Shown here in pieces: positions 10,986 to 19,852 of a DNA stretch of 64,000 nt. Location of the stretch: contig OZ244960.1 of NCBI GenBank assembly GCA_965222605.1, positions 3,456,001 to 3,520,000 on the forward strand, written 5' to 3'. The DNA is from Candidatus Latescibacterota bacterium. Lineage in GTDB: Bacteria; Latescibacterota; UBA2968. The notes beneath the pieces are model-generated. The model worked only from the letters and a program-made list of their open reading frames with translations, was not told the DNA's origin and did not search any database. Position 1 is the first letter of the stretch; each line of letters starts with the position of its first letter. A program made the translations under genes and the position numbers.

Positions 10986-11807
10986 ATGACACATCTAACT
11001 ACAATCGTTCTGCTTTTGGGTCTCTGTCTGCCCCAGGCTCTGATAGCAGGGGAGATCCTTGAAGCCGGTGAGATTGACAGCAGCAAGGTAAAAGTCGGTG
11101 CCTATGCCGAGATCATCTATGGGACGGGTGAGCGGGATCAAGTCTCAAGGGAGTGGAAGAAACTGGACACGGCACAAGGATATATTAAAGCTGTTGATCA
11201 AGAGAGTTTGACGATTGGACGCGGTCTTTGGAAAGAGCAGATCGCTTTCGAGCGTATTCAAAAGCTGATCCTTGCAAGGTCTGACCGCGAAATAGACAGG
11301 CTTAAAAAGATGACGGATACGCTTTCTGTAATAGATAACAGACGACAAGGACAAAATAGTACAGGCGGAGGACGGATTACCAAAAAGTTGGCGGGCGGCG
11401 TTCTTGCAGGATTTCTATTCGGCATGGCGGGAGGCACAGCAGCAGCAGCGATCACTGACTGCAAAAAGGACGAGACATTCTGTGAATTAGGAAATTTTGT
11501 AACTGGTGGGTGGTATGGCTATGTCGTCGGCGTACCCATAGGCATGAACCGAATGGATCCATACGATCAATTTAAGTTTTCATTGGCAGGCAGCCTGATT
11601 GGAGGTGCTGCAAGTCTTGTGGTGTTCAAGATAGTGGAAAATGAAACAGCAGAAGAACTCTGGCCAGTCCTTTTTATCAGTCCCCTTGTCGGAGCTACAA
11701 TTATGTCCGAGTTGTTTCGAAAACCGTTAGAGAACCGTCGTGTCTCTATCGGTCTGCTACCCGGTCCCAAAGGAAGAGTATCCGCTGTTGCCACACTTCG
11801 ATTTTGA
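10986..11807 (+). CDS. Array family A protein 4
   Basis: GGAGG RBS, ATG 10986. DCKKDETFC. ...ATLRF end. Confidence 0.85.
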   Translation: MTHLTTIVLLLGLCLPQALIAGEILEAGEIDSSKVKVGAYAEIIYGTGERDQVSREWKKLDTAQGYIKAVDQESLTIGRGLWKEQIAFERIQKLILARSDREIDRLKKMTDTLSVIDNRRQGQNSTGGGRITKKLAGGVLAGFLFGMAGGTAAAAITDCKKDETFCELGNFVTGGWYGYVVGVPIGMNRMDPYDQFKFSLAGSLIGGAASLVVFKIVENETAEELWPVLFISPLVGATIMSELFRKPLENRRVSIGLLPGPKGRVSAVATLRF

Positions 11808-11849
11808 AGAAGCTACTAATACCTGTCTGTTTCTGCGGCTACCCAGCCC

Positions 11850-12602
11850 TTGAGTATCGCGACAATAGCGGATGTGATAGCCACTCAGGATGTGGCAATT
11901 ACCCCCATACAGGTAGTGGCTTCAGGTGGTGGCGGGTCCTATACGTATTCGATAGCGAGCGACCCTTCCACAGGCTCTGGCCTTTCTATCGATTCGAATG
12001 GTCGCATCACGGGCAGACCCACAGCGAGTGGAAATTTCACGATCACAGTGACCGTGGAAGATGCCCCTGGCCGTGATTTACCCACACAGGTAAGTCGCTC
12101 TTTCTCCATGACGGTCAATGCACCCACACACGTTACGCCGCCGCTGACAATCGCAGAGATAAATGATATAACAGTCAAGATAAGTGGCGTGCAGACAAAT
12201 AGCCCCATTACTCCTATTCAGGTCTCAGCATCAGGAGGACAAACACCTTATGCCTATTCCATATCCAGCAATCCAGCCACAGGTTCTGGTCTGTCCATCA
12301 ATGCGAGCAACGGACAGATCACAGGCACGCCAACACAAAGAGGCACTTTCACACTTACTGTGACTGTAACGGATAATGCAAGTACGACGGCAACTGAAAG
12401 GTTCTCCATGGCTGTCAGTCTGATAGGTGACTTTAATGGTGATGGTGTGGTCAATATATCAGATCATTTACTTTTTTTAGAAGTGTTTGGTCTAACCGAA
12501 GATGACGATGGTTTTAATGCTGAGATGGATTTGAATGGCGATGGAACCATTGGTATTCCCGATTTTCTGATCTTTGTAAGTCACTTTGGCTCCTCTGCAT
12601 AG
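11850..12602 (+). pseudogene. Start-less copy 4 of the giant gene 3' end (2 Ig + dockerin)
   Basis: Homology starts ~11821. No RBS or signal peptide; frame open. Confidence 0.75.
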
Positions 12603-12645
12603 TTTTTTTAGTGCAGGAGACAGATCTTTACCAGGAGGAATCATC

Positions 12646-13437
12646 ATGACACATCTAACTACAATCGTTCTGATCTTGGGTCTCTGTCTGCCACAGGCTC
12701 TGTTGGCAGGGGAGGTCCTTCAAGCCGGTGAGATTGACAGCAGCAAGGTTGAAGTCGGTGCCTATGCCGAGGTCATCTATGGGACGGGTGAGCGGGATCA
12801 AGTCTCAGGGAAGTGGGAGAAACTGGATACCGCACAAGGATATGTTAAAGCTGTTGATGCAGAGAGTCTGACCATTAGCCAGGGTTTGGGGAAGCGGATA
12901 GCCTTTGAGCGCATACAACAACTGATCCTTACAGAATCATCTTTCCAAATGGACAGGCTTAAAAAGACAACTGATACGCTTTCTGAAAAAAAAGAGAACA
13001 AACCCAATAGAATTGTCGGCAAGTTGGCAAGTGGTGTCCTGGGGGGGACACTTTCCGGCCTTGCGGGGGGCTTAGTCGGAATAAATGTCGGTGACTGCTC
13101 AGAGAAAGAAAGATTTTGTGAAGAAGAACATTTTGTAATTGGTGGATGGATTGGCTATCTCGTCGGCGTGCCCGCTGGCATGAGCGCATTTGATTCATGC
13201 GATCAATTTAAGTATTCATTGGCAGGTAGCCTGATCGGAGGTGCTGCAAGTCTTGTGATATTCACAGATGAAGAGACCCTGGAAGACTTATGGCCAGCCC
13301 TTTTTATTTCTCCCTTTGTCGGCGCAGCGATCATGTCCGAGTTTTCCCGAAAATTGCCAGAGGGTCGTCGTGTCTCCATCGGCCTGCTACCCGGTCCCAA
13401 AGGCAGAGTATCCGCTATTGCCACGCTTCGATTTTGA
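12646..13437 (+). CDS. Array family A protein 5
   Basis: GGAGG RBS, ATG 12646. DCSEKERFC. ...ATLRF end. Confidence 0.85.
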   Translation: MTHLTTIVLILGLCLPQALLAGEVLQAGEIDSSKVEVGAYAEVIYGTGERDQVSGKWEKLDTAQGYVKAVDAESLTISQGLGKRIAFERIQQLILTESSFQMDRLKKTTDTLSEKKENKPNRIVGKLASGVLGGTLSGLAGGLVGINVGDCSEKERFCEEEHFVIGGWIGYLVGVPAGMSAFDSCDQFKYSLAGSLIGGAASLVIFTDEETLEDLWPALFISPFVGAAIMSEFSRKLPEGRRVSIGLLPGPKGRVSAIATLRF

Positions 13438-13508
13438 GTTAGCTACCGGTGTATTTATCTCAAGGGGAACGAGCCTGTAACCCCGTAACCTGAACCATGT
13501 TTGAACTG

Positions 13509-14115
13509 CTGGCGCACACCTTCAGCGAGTGGAAATTTCACGATCACAGTGACCGTGGAAGATGCCCCTGGCCGTGATTTACCCACACAGGTAAGTCGCT
13601 CTTTCTCCATGACGGTCAATGCACCCACACACGTTACGCCGCCGCTGACAATCGCAGAGATAAATGATATAACAGTCAAGATAAGTGGCGTGCAGACGAA
13701 CAGCCCGATTACGCCTATTCAGGTCTCAGCATCAGGCGGACAAACACCTTATGCCTATTCCATATCCAGCAATCCAGCCACAGGTTCTGGTCTGTCCATC
13801 AATGCGAGCAACGGACAGATCACAGGCACGCCAACACAAAGAGGCACTTTCACACTAACTGTGACTGTAACGGATAATGCAAGTACGACTGCAACTGAAA
13901 GGTTCTCAATGGCTGTCAGTCTGATAGGTGACTTTAATGGTGATGGTGTGGTCAATTTATCAGATCATTTACTTTTTTTAGAAGTGTTTGGTCTAACCGA
14001 AGATGACGATGGTTTTAATGCCGAAATGGATCTGAATGACGATGGAACCATTGATGTTGCCGATTTTCTGATCTTTGTAAGTCACTACCCTGGCACCGCT
14101 ACTCGGTTTTTTTAG
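13509..14115 (+). pseudogene. Start-less copy 5 of the giant gene 3' end, tail VSHYPGTATRFF
   Basis: Begins mid-Ig repeat after the same ~70-bp spacer as copy 3. Confidence 0.8.
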
Positions 14116-14183
14116 TGCAGGAGACAGCTTTTTGACTTTTGAGCGGAATCAATGAGATACATTTGTTTCAAAAGGAGAAACAC

Positions 14184-15278
14184 ATGAAAAAATTAGCTGC
14201 TGTCTTTGTAACCGCGACCCTCTTCCTCAACGCGATGGCTCCTACACTCGCGTATGCAGCCACATACCTGCGAGGCAAAGAGGTCAATGCCAACACGCTC
14301 ATTCAAGATGCTTATGTTGCTGTCACCTATTTCGACAGCAAAAATAAACGGATATTAGACAAGGGCTGGATTGATGCGATTGGCGAGACCACATTTCGGA
14401 TTCGATTCAGAGCACTTTTTGGCAAGAAGACGATTGCTTACGACAAAGTGCTGTCAGTGATCATGAGCGAAGAAGCAACCACACGAGGCAAGCAAATCAA
14501 TGAGGTGGATCGGTTTATTCGAGACATGAAAAAACAAGAGGCAAAAGCATTAGAGACAGAGCAAGCTGCTATCCAACGGCTCAATCAAAAGACCGTCACA
14601 ATCATGCCACGCGGACAGGTTGACCCGTCAGAGATCACAAAGGGATGGTATGCCCATATCGTCTATACATCTCAGGGGGCCACAGGAAAAGCTACCAGCC
14701 AAATTGCGGACAAGGACTCAAGCCGTATTGCCCTCAAACATGGGTTTGATACCCAGAACATAGTTTATGATCATATTGATACCCTCATTGTCGCCAAACA
14801 CCTGCGAGAGATTGAGCAATATCGAGAAACCGGTGCGAAATACAATGCCCGGGTGCGTGTATATGCCCCGTCCATTCAGAAAGGACAGATGGTTGGCAAG
14901 CTCATTAAAATGCTGCAAGACACACTCATTATCCAGAAAGGGCGTAGCTTTTATCAGGTGCCTGTTTCATCAATCTCTAAATTCGACGTCAGTATCAAAC
15001 AATATAGAAATACAAGCAAAGGATTGAAAATCGGTCTTGCTGCTGGGGCTGGTGTAGCTATCCTGATAAATATTCCCGATTCGAGTGGCGATTTGCAAGG
15101 ATTGGCTGAATTATTAGCCACTGTGATAATCGTACCACCAATTGTAGTTATCTCCACTCTGATTGGTGCAATAACAAAATCAGACAAATGGGTCGAAGTG
15201 TCTCCCCAACGCCTCAACTTGAGCCTTGCACCCACATCCAGCAAAGGGCTTCACGCTGCACTCACCTTCAACTTTTAG
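14184..15278 (+). CDS. Array family C protein 1: signal peptide, three small beta-rich repeats, two hydrophobic helices, C-terminal beta-hairpin ending in Phe
   Basis: AAGGAG RBS, ATG 14184 (MKKLAAVFVTATLFLNAMAPTLAYA). Ends RLNLSLAPTSSKGLHAALTFNF. Confidence 0.85.
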   Translation: MKKLAAVFVTATLFLNAMAPTLAYAATYLRGKEVNANTLIQDAYVAVTYFDSKNKRILDKGWIDAIGETTFRIRFRALFGKKTIAYDKVLSVIMSEEATTRGKQINEVDRFIRDMKKQEAKALETEQAAIQRLNQKTVTIMPRGQVDPSEITKGWYAHIVYTSQGATGKATSQIADKDSSRIALKHGFDTQNIVYDHIDTLIVAKHLREIEQYRETGAKYNARVRVYAPSIQKGQMVGKLIKMLQDTLIIQKGRSFYQVPVSSISKFDVSIKQYRNTSKGLKIGLAAGAGVAILINIPDSSGDLQGLAELLATVIIVPPIVVISTLIGAITKSDKWVEVSPQRLNLSLAPTSSKGLHAALTFNF

Positions 15279-15420
15279 GGATGTAAATGATTCAAATGTA
15301 GAGTCGAAGTGCGTCAAAACAACCCATACCTTTTCATCCTCTTCCTCAGAGCCATCCTCGAGATATCCAGAAACGTAGCCGCGTGGACCTGGTTCTCTCT
15401 GTTCGTCGCAATACCCTTTG

Positions 15421-15808
15421 TATTCAGGTCTCAGTATCAGGCGGACAAACGCCTTATGCGTATGCCCTATCCAGCAATCCCGCCACAGGTTCTGGTCTGT
15501 CCATCAATTCCAGCAGTGGGCAGATCACAGGCACACCCACGCAGAGAGACTCTTTTACACTGACCGTGACGGTAACCGATAATGCAAATACGACTGCAAC
15601 TGAAAGTTTTTCAATGGTTGTCAGTCTGATAGGCGACTTTAATGATGATGGTATGGTCGATGTAGCAGATCATTTACTTTTTGTAGCTGTGTTTGGTCTA
15701 TCCGAAGGTGATGATGGTTTTAATGCTGATATGGACCTAAATGGCGATGGAACCATTGGCACGCCTGATTTTCTAATCTTTGTCAGTCACTTTGGCTCCT
15801 CTGCATAG
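15421..15808 (+). pseudogene. Start-less copy 6 of the giant gene 3' end (partial Ig + dockerin, more diverged)
   Basis: Homology starts at TATTCAGGTCTCAG 15421, after ~140 bp of unrelated sequence. Confidence 0.8.
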
Positions 15809-15884
15809 TTTTTTAGTACAGGAGATAGCTCATTGACTTTTGAGCGGAATCAATGAGGTATATTTATCTCAAAAGGAGAACCGC

Positions 15885-16970
15885 ATGAAAAAATTAGCTG
15901 CTGTCTTTGTAACCGCGACCCTCTTCCTCAACGCGATGGCTCCTACACTCGCGTATGCAGCCACATACCTGCGAGGCAAAGAGGTCAATGCCAACACGCT
16001 CATTCAAGATGCTTATGTTGCTGTCACCTATTTCGACAGCAAAAATAAACGGATATTAGACAAGGGCTGGATTGATGCGATTGACGAGACTTCGTTTACC
16101 ATTCGGAATGGTCTGTGGGGGAAAAAGACGATTGCTTATACCAAAATCTTGTCACTGGTTATGAGCGAAGAAGCAACCACGTTAAGGCAAATGAATGAGG
16201 TAAATCGGTGGTTTAGTGGAAATATGGCAGAAAGAGGACCAGAGACAGAGCAAGCCGCTATCCAACGGCTCAATCAAAAGACCGTCACAATCAGGCCACG
16301 CGGACAGATTGAACCGGCAGAGATCACAAAGGGATGGTATGCTCACGTCGTCTATACATCTCAAAGAGCCACTGGAAAAGCCATTAGTCGAATTGCCGAT
16401 AAAGACACCAGCCACATCGCACTCAAATATGGGTTTGATACCCATAACATAGCTTATGCTGACATTGATACCCTCATTGTCGCCAAACACAGACGAGATA
16501 TCGAGAGATATCGAGAGACTGGAGCCAAATACAATGCCCGAGTGCGTGTGTATGCCCCGTCAATTCAGAAGGGACAAATGGTTGGCAATTTCGTTAACAT
16601 GATGCAAGACACGCTCGTTATTCAAAGAGGACGTAGCTTTTTTCAGGTGCCTGTTTCTTCAATCTCTACATTCGACATCAGCATCAAACAGTACAGAAAC
16701 ACAGGCAAAGGCTTGATAATTGGGCTTGCTGCCGGGGCTGGTATGGCTATCCTGATAAATTTTCCCACGGATGAGGTACCCGATTTGCAAGGATTAGTTC
16801 AAGTATACGCCACTATGATAATCGTACCCTCAATTGTAGTTATCTCCACTCTGATCGGTGCAATGAAGAAATCCGACAAATGGGTCGAAGTGTCTCCCCA
16901 ACGCCTCAACCTGAGCCTTGTACCCACATCCGGTAAAGGACTTCTCGCCGCGCTCACATTCAATTTCTAA
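15885..16970 (+). CDS. Array family C protein 2
   Basis: ATG 15885. First ~65 aa identical to C1, diverged afterwards. Ends ...AALTFNF. Confidence 0.85.
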   Translation: MKKLAAVFVTATLFLNAMAPTLAYAATYLRGKEVNANTLIQDAYVAVTYFDSKNKRILDKGWIDAIDETSFTIRNGLWGKKTIAYTKILSLVMSEEATTLRQMNEVNRWFSGNMAERGPETEQAAIQRLNQKTVTIRPRGQIEPAEITKGWYAHVVYTSQRATGKAISRIADKDTSHIALKYGFDTHNIAYADIDTLIVAKHRRDIERYRETGAKYNARVRVYAPSIQKGQMVGNFVNMMQDTLVIQRGRSFFQVPVSSISTFDISIKQYRNTGKGLIIGLAAGAGMAILINFPTDEVPDLQGLVQVYATMIIVPSIVVISTLIGAMKKSDKWVEVSPQRLNLSLVPTSGKGLLAALTFNF

Positions 16971-16981
16971 TCAATTTCTAA

Positions 16982-17596
16982 TCTATCGATTCGAATGGCC
17001 GCATCACTGGCGCACCCACACTGAGTGGAGATTTCACGATCAGAGTGACCGTGGAAGATGCCCCTCCTGTCCGTGCTCCCTCCACACAAGTAAGTCGCTC
17101 TTTCTTCATGACGGTCAATGCACCTACAACTCCGACACTGACAATCGCAGAGATAGATGATATAACCGTCAAAATCAGTGGTGTGCAGACGAACAGCCCC
17201 ATTACCCCTATTCAGGTCTCAGCATCAGGAGGACAAACGCCATACTCCTATTCCCTGTCCAGCAACCCTGCCACAGGTTCTGGTCTGTCCATCAATGCAA
17301 CCAATGGTCAAATCACTGGCACACCCACACAGGCAGGCTCTTTTACACTAACCGTGAGTGTAACGGATAATGCAAGTACGACTGCAACTGAAAGTTTCTC
17401 AATGGCTGTCAGTCTGATAGGTGACTTTAATGGTGATGGTGTGGTCAATATATCAGATCATTTACTTTTTTTAGAAGTGTTTGGTCTAACCGAAGATGAC
17501 GATGGTTTTAATGCTGAGATGGATTTGAATGGCGATGGAACCATTGGCACGCCCGATTTTCTGATCTTTGTAAGTCACTTTGGCTCCTCTGCATAG
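16982..17596 (+). pseudogene. Start-less copy 7 of the giant gene 3' end
   Basis: Homology starts at TCTATCGATTCGAATGG, right after an 11-bp duplication TCAATTTCTAA at the C2 stop. Confidence 0.8.
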
Positions 17597-17640
17597 CTTT
17601 TTTCGTGCAGGAGACCTCTCTTTGTCAAGAGGAATACATC

Positions 17641-18417
17641 ATGACACATATAGCAGCAATCATTCTAATTTTGGGTCTCTGTCTGCCCCAGGCTCTGATA
17701 GCAGAGGAGGTCCTTCAAGCCGGTGAGATTGACAACAGCAAGGTTGAAGTCGGTGCCTATGCCGAAGTCATCTATGGGACGGGTGAGAAACTATCTACGG
17801 CACGCGGCTACGTTCAGGCTGTTGATGCAGAGAGTTTGACCATTGGACGCGGTTTTTGGAAGGAGCAGATAGCTTTTGAGCGCATACAAAAGCTGATCCT
17901 TGCAGAGTCTGACCGCGAAATAGACAGGCTTCAAGAGGCGACCGATACCCTTTCTGTAATAGATAACAGACGACAAGGCCGAAATAGTACAGGCGGAAGA
18001 CGGATTGCCAAAAAATTGGCAGGCGGTGTTCTTGGAGGGATCCTGTTTGGTATGACAGTGGGCCTGACTGGTGCGGCGATCGTTGACTGCCCAGAGAACG
18101 TTTCATTCTGTGAAATAGAAAACTTTTTTAGTCTTGGATGGTATGGCTATGTCGTTGGCTTACCCGTTGGCATGAACCGAATGGATCCACACGACCGATT
18201 TATCTATTCATTGGCAGGTAGCCTGATCGGAGGTGCAGCAAGTCTTGCACTAACAGATTCCAAAGACGAGTTCTGGACTCTTATTATCTGCCCCCTCGTT
18301 GGCACTGCAATTATGTCCGAGTTTTTTCGAAAACCGCCAGAGAATCGTCGAGTCTCCATCGGTCTGCTACCCGGTCCCAAAGGCAGAGTATCCGCTGTTG
18401 CTACACTTCGATTTTGA
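17641..18417 (+). CDS. Array family A protein 6
   Basis: GAGG RBS, ATG 17641. DCPENVSFC. ...ATLRF end. Confidence 0.85.
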   Translation: MTHIAAIILILGLCLPQALIAEEVLQAGEIDNSKVEVGAYAEVIYGTGEKLSTARGYVQAVDAESLTIGRGFWKEQIAFERIQKLILAESDREIDRLQEATDTLSVIDNRRQGRNSTGGRRIAKKLAGGVLGGILFGMTVGLTGAAIVDCPENVSFCEIENFFSLGWYGYVVGLPVGMNRMDPHDRFIYSLAGSLIGGAASLALTDSKDEFWTLIICPLVGTAIMSEFFRKPPENRRVSIGLLPGPKGRVSAVATLRF

Positions 18418-18459
18418 AGAAGCTACTAATACCTGTCTGTTTCTGCGGTTACTCAGCTC

Positions 18460-18726
18460 TTGAGAATCGAGCCAATAGCAGATGTGATAGCCACTCAGGA
18501 TGTGGCAATTGAAAGTTTCTCAATGACTGTCCGTCTGATAGCCGATTTTAATGGTGATGGTGTGGTCAATTCGTCAGATTATGCACTTTTTTATGCCGTG
18601 TTTGGTCTATCGGAAGGTGATGATGGTTTTAATATCGATATGGATCTGAATGGCAATGGAACCATTGATACCCCCGATTATCTGATCTTTGTAAGTCACT
18701 TTGGCTCTGCTGCCCGGTTTTTTTAG
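18460..18726 (+). pseudogene. Start-less copy 8 of the giant gene 3' end with Ig repeats deleted (dockerin only)
   Basis: VIATQDVAI is fused in frame to ESFSMTVRLIADFNGDG. Confidence 0.8.
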
Positions 18727-18791
18727 TGCAGGAGACAACGCTTTATCAGGAGGAATCAATGAGGTACATTTCTTTCAAAAGGGAGAAACTC

Positions 18792-18911
18792 ATGAAAAAA
18801 TTAACCGTTACCTTTGTAACCGCGACTCTCCTGCTCAACGCGATGGCTCCCTCACTCGCACATGCAGCCACATACCTGCAAGGCGCACAGGTCAATTATT
18901 TTATTTTGTAG
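18792..18911 (+). pseudogene. Truncated family C gene (signal peptide plus ~10 aa)
   Basis: MKKLTVTFVTATLLLNAMAPSLAHAATYLQGAQVN matches C1/C2, then homology breaks and a stop follows. Confidence 0.8.
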
Positions 18912-18935
18912 TGCCCTGAGAAATCATCCTTCGCA

Positions 18936-18964
18936 TTGACTTTTAATGTCTATCAAGCTATGTT
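18936..18964 (+). promoter_or_regulatory. Putative sigma70 promoter of the MNT-HEPN pair
   Basis: TTGACT-17 bp-TATGTT, ~37 bp upstream of ATG 19002. Confidence 0.5.
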
Positions 18965-19001
18965 TCATCAGAGATGAGTTCTGCTTTTTGGAGCGTGACA
19001 C

Positions 19002-19319
19002 ATGCAACCCGATGCGAATGTCATTGATCAACTCGTAGAGCGAATTGTCGAAGTTGTCAACCCGCTCAAAATTATCCTTTTTGGCTCGGCTGCGCGAGGC
19101 GAGATGGGACCGGACAGCGATGTGGATGTGCTCGTTGTCATGCCCAATGGTGTTCACAGGCGAAGAACAGCGCAGCATCTTCATATTGAAATGAGGGGCA
19201 TTCCTCTGCCCGTTGATATTCTGGTTGCAACACTTGGAGACCTCGAGAAACACAAAAATAATATTGGATTAATCTATTATCGCATCTTAGAAGAAGGGAA
19301 AGAAATTTATGCCGCCTGA
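19002..19319 (+). CDS. Minimal nucleotidyltransferase (MNT) antitoxin
   Basis: IILFGSAARGE-x-GPDSDVDVLVV (GS-x10-DxD) motif, 105 aa. Confidence 0.9.
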   Translation: MQPDANVIDQLVERIVEVVNPLKIILFGSAARGEMGPDSDVDVLVVMPNGVHRRRTAQHLHIEMRGIPLPVDILVATLGDLEKHKNNIGLIYYRILEEGKEIYAA

Positions 19320-19746
19320 TGTCTCAACATCTGGTTCACCGGCTGATTGGATTCGGTATGCCAGAGGAGACTTGGCACTGGCGCAAGTTTCCTTACCAGA
19401 AGATAGTTTTTACGAGCTGTTGTGTTTCCATGCCCAACGGGCAGCAGAAAAGAGCATCAAAGCTGTGCTTGTACACAGAGGGGTTGCTTTCCCCAAAACG
19501 CATATTATCGAGCGGTTGATTGATCTTCTTCCTGAAGATGTTTCCAAAATACCAGAACTTTCTCAATCTGCAAAGCTGTCCGTTTATGCGACTGTTTCAC
19601 GTTATCCCGGTGATGTATCAGAATCAGTTGATGAAGAAGAATATCAGGAAGCAGTGAGACTCGCCCAGGCTGTTGTCCAATGGGCAGAATCTATACTCCC
19701 TGCACCCGATACAGAATCTGAAGCCCCGGACTCAGAATCGCACTGA
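19309..19746 (+). CDS. HEPN domain protein (partner of MNT)
   Basis: CFHAQRAAEKSIKA, PKTH and RYP motifs. Overlaps the MNT stop. Confidence 0.9.
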   Translation: MPPDVSTSGSPADWIRYARGDLALAQVSLPEDSFYELLCFHAQRAAEKSIKAVLVHRGVAFPKTHIIERLIDLLPEDVSKIPELSQSAKLSVYATVSRYPGDVSESVDEEEYQEAVRLAQAVVQWAESILPAPDTESEAPDSESH

Positions 19747-19802
19747 GATTTATCTTTATTCCTACTCGCTCCACTCGTGAGCTAAAGACCCTCTCGTCTA
19801 AT

Positions 19803-19852
19803 CTCCGTATCCATCCGTATCCATCCGTGTCCATCTGCGTCCATCTGCGGAT
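19803..19852. repeat. Degenerate 10-bp tandem repeat (TCCATCYGYR, ~5 units)
   Basis: ccgtatccat ccgtatccat ccgtgtccat ctgcgtccat ctgcggat. Confidence 0.8.

Larger units (their letters stand above)
5038..18911 (+). repeat. Tandem cassette array: [3' end of giant gene (Ig-Ig-dockerin)] + [variable secreted/membrane gene], 9 units
   Basis: Dockerin-coding stops at 5846, 7497, 9454, 10942, 12602, 14115, 15808, 17596 and 18726. Each is followed within ~45-80 bp by a GGAG RBS and a family A or family C gene. Confidence 0.9.

Noticed and set aside
5038-18911. Array as an integron or diversity-generating retroelement
   Set aside because: No attC-like GTTRRRY/RYYYAAC hairpins recognised, no IntI or reverse transcriptase in the window, and differences are not adenine-restricted and include indels.
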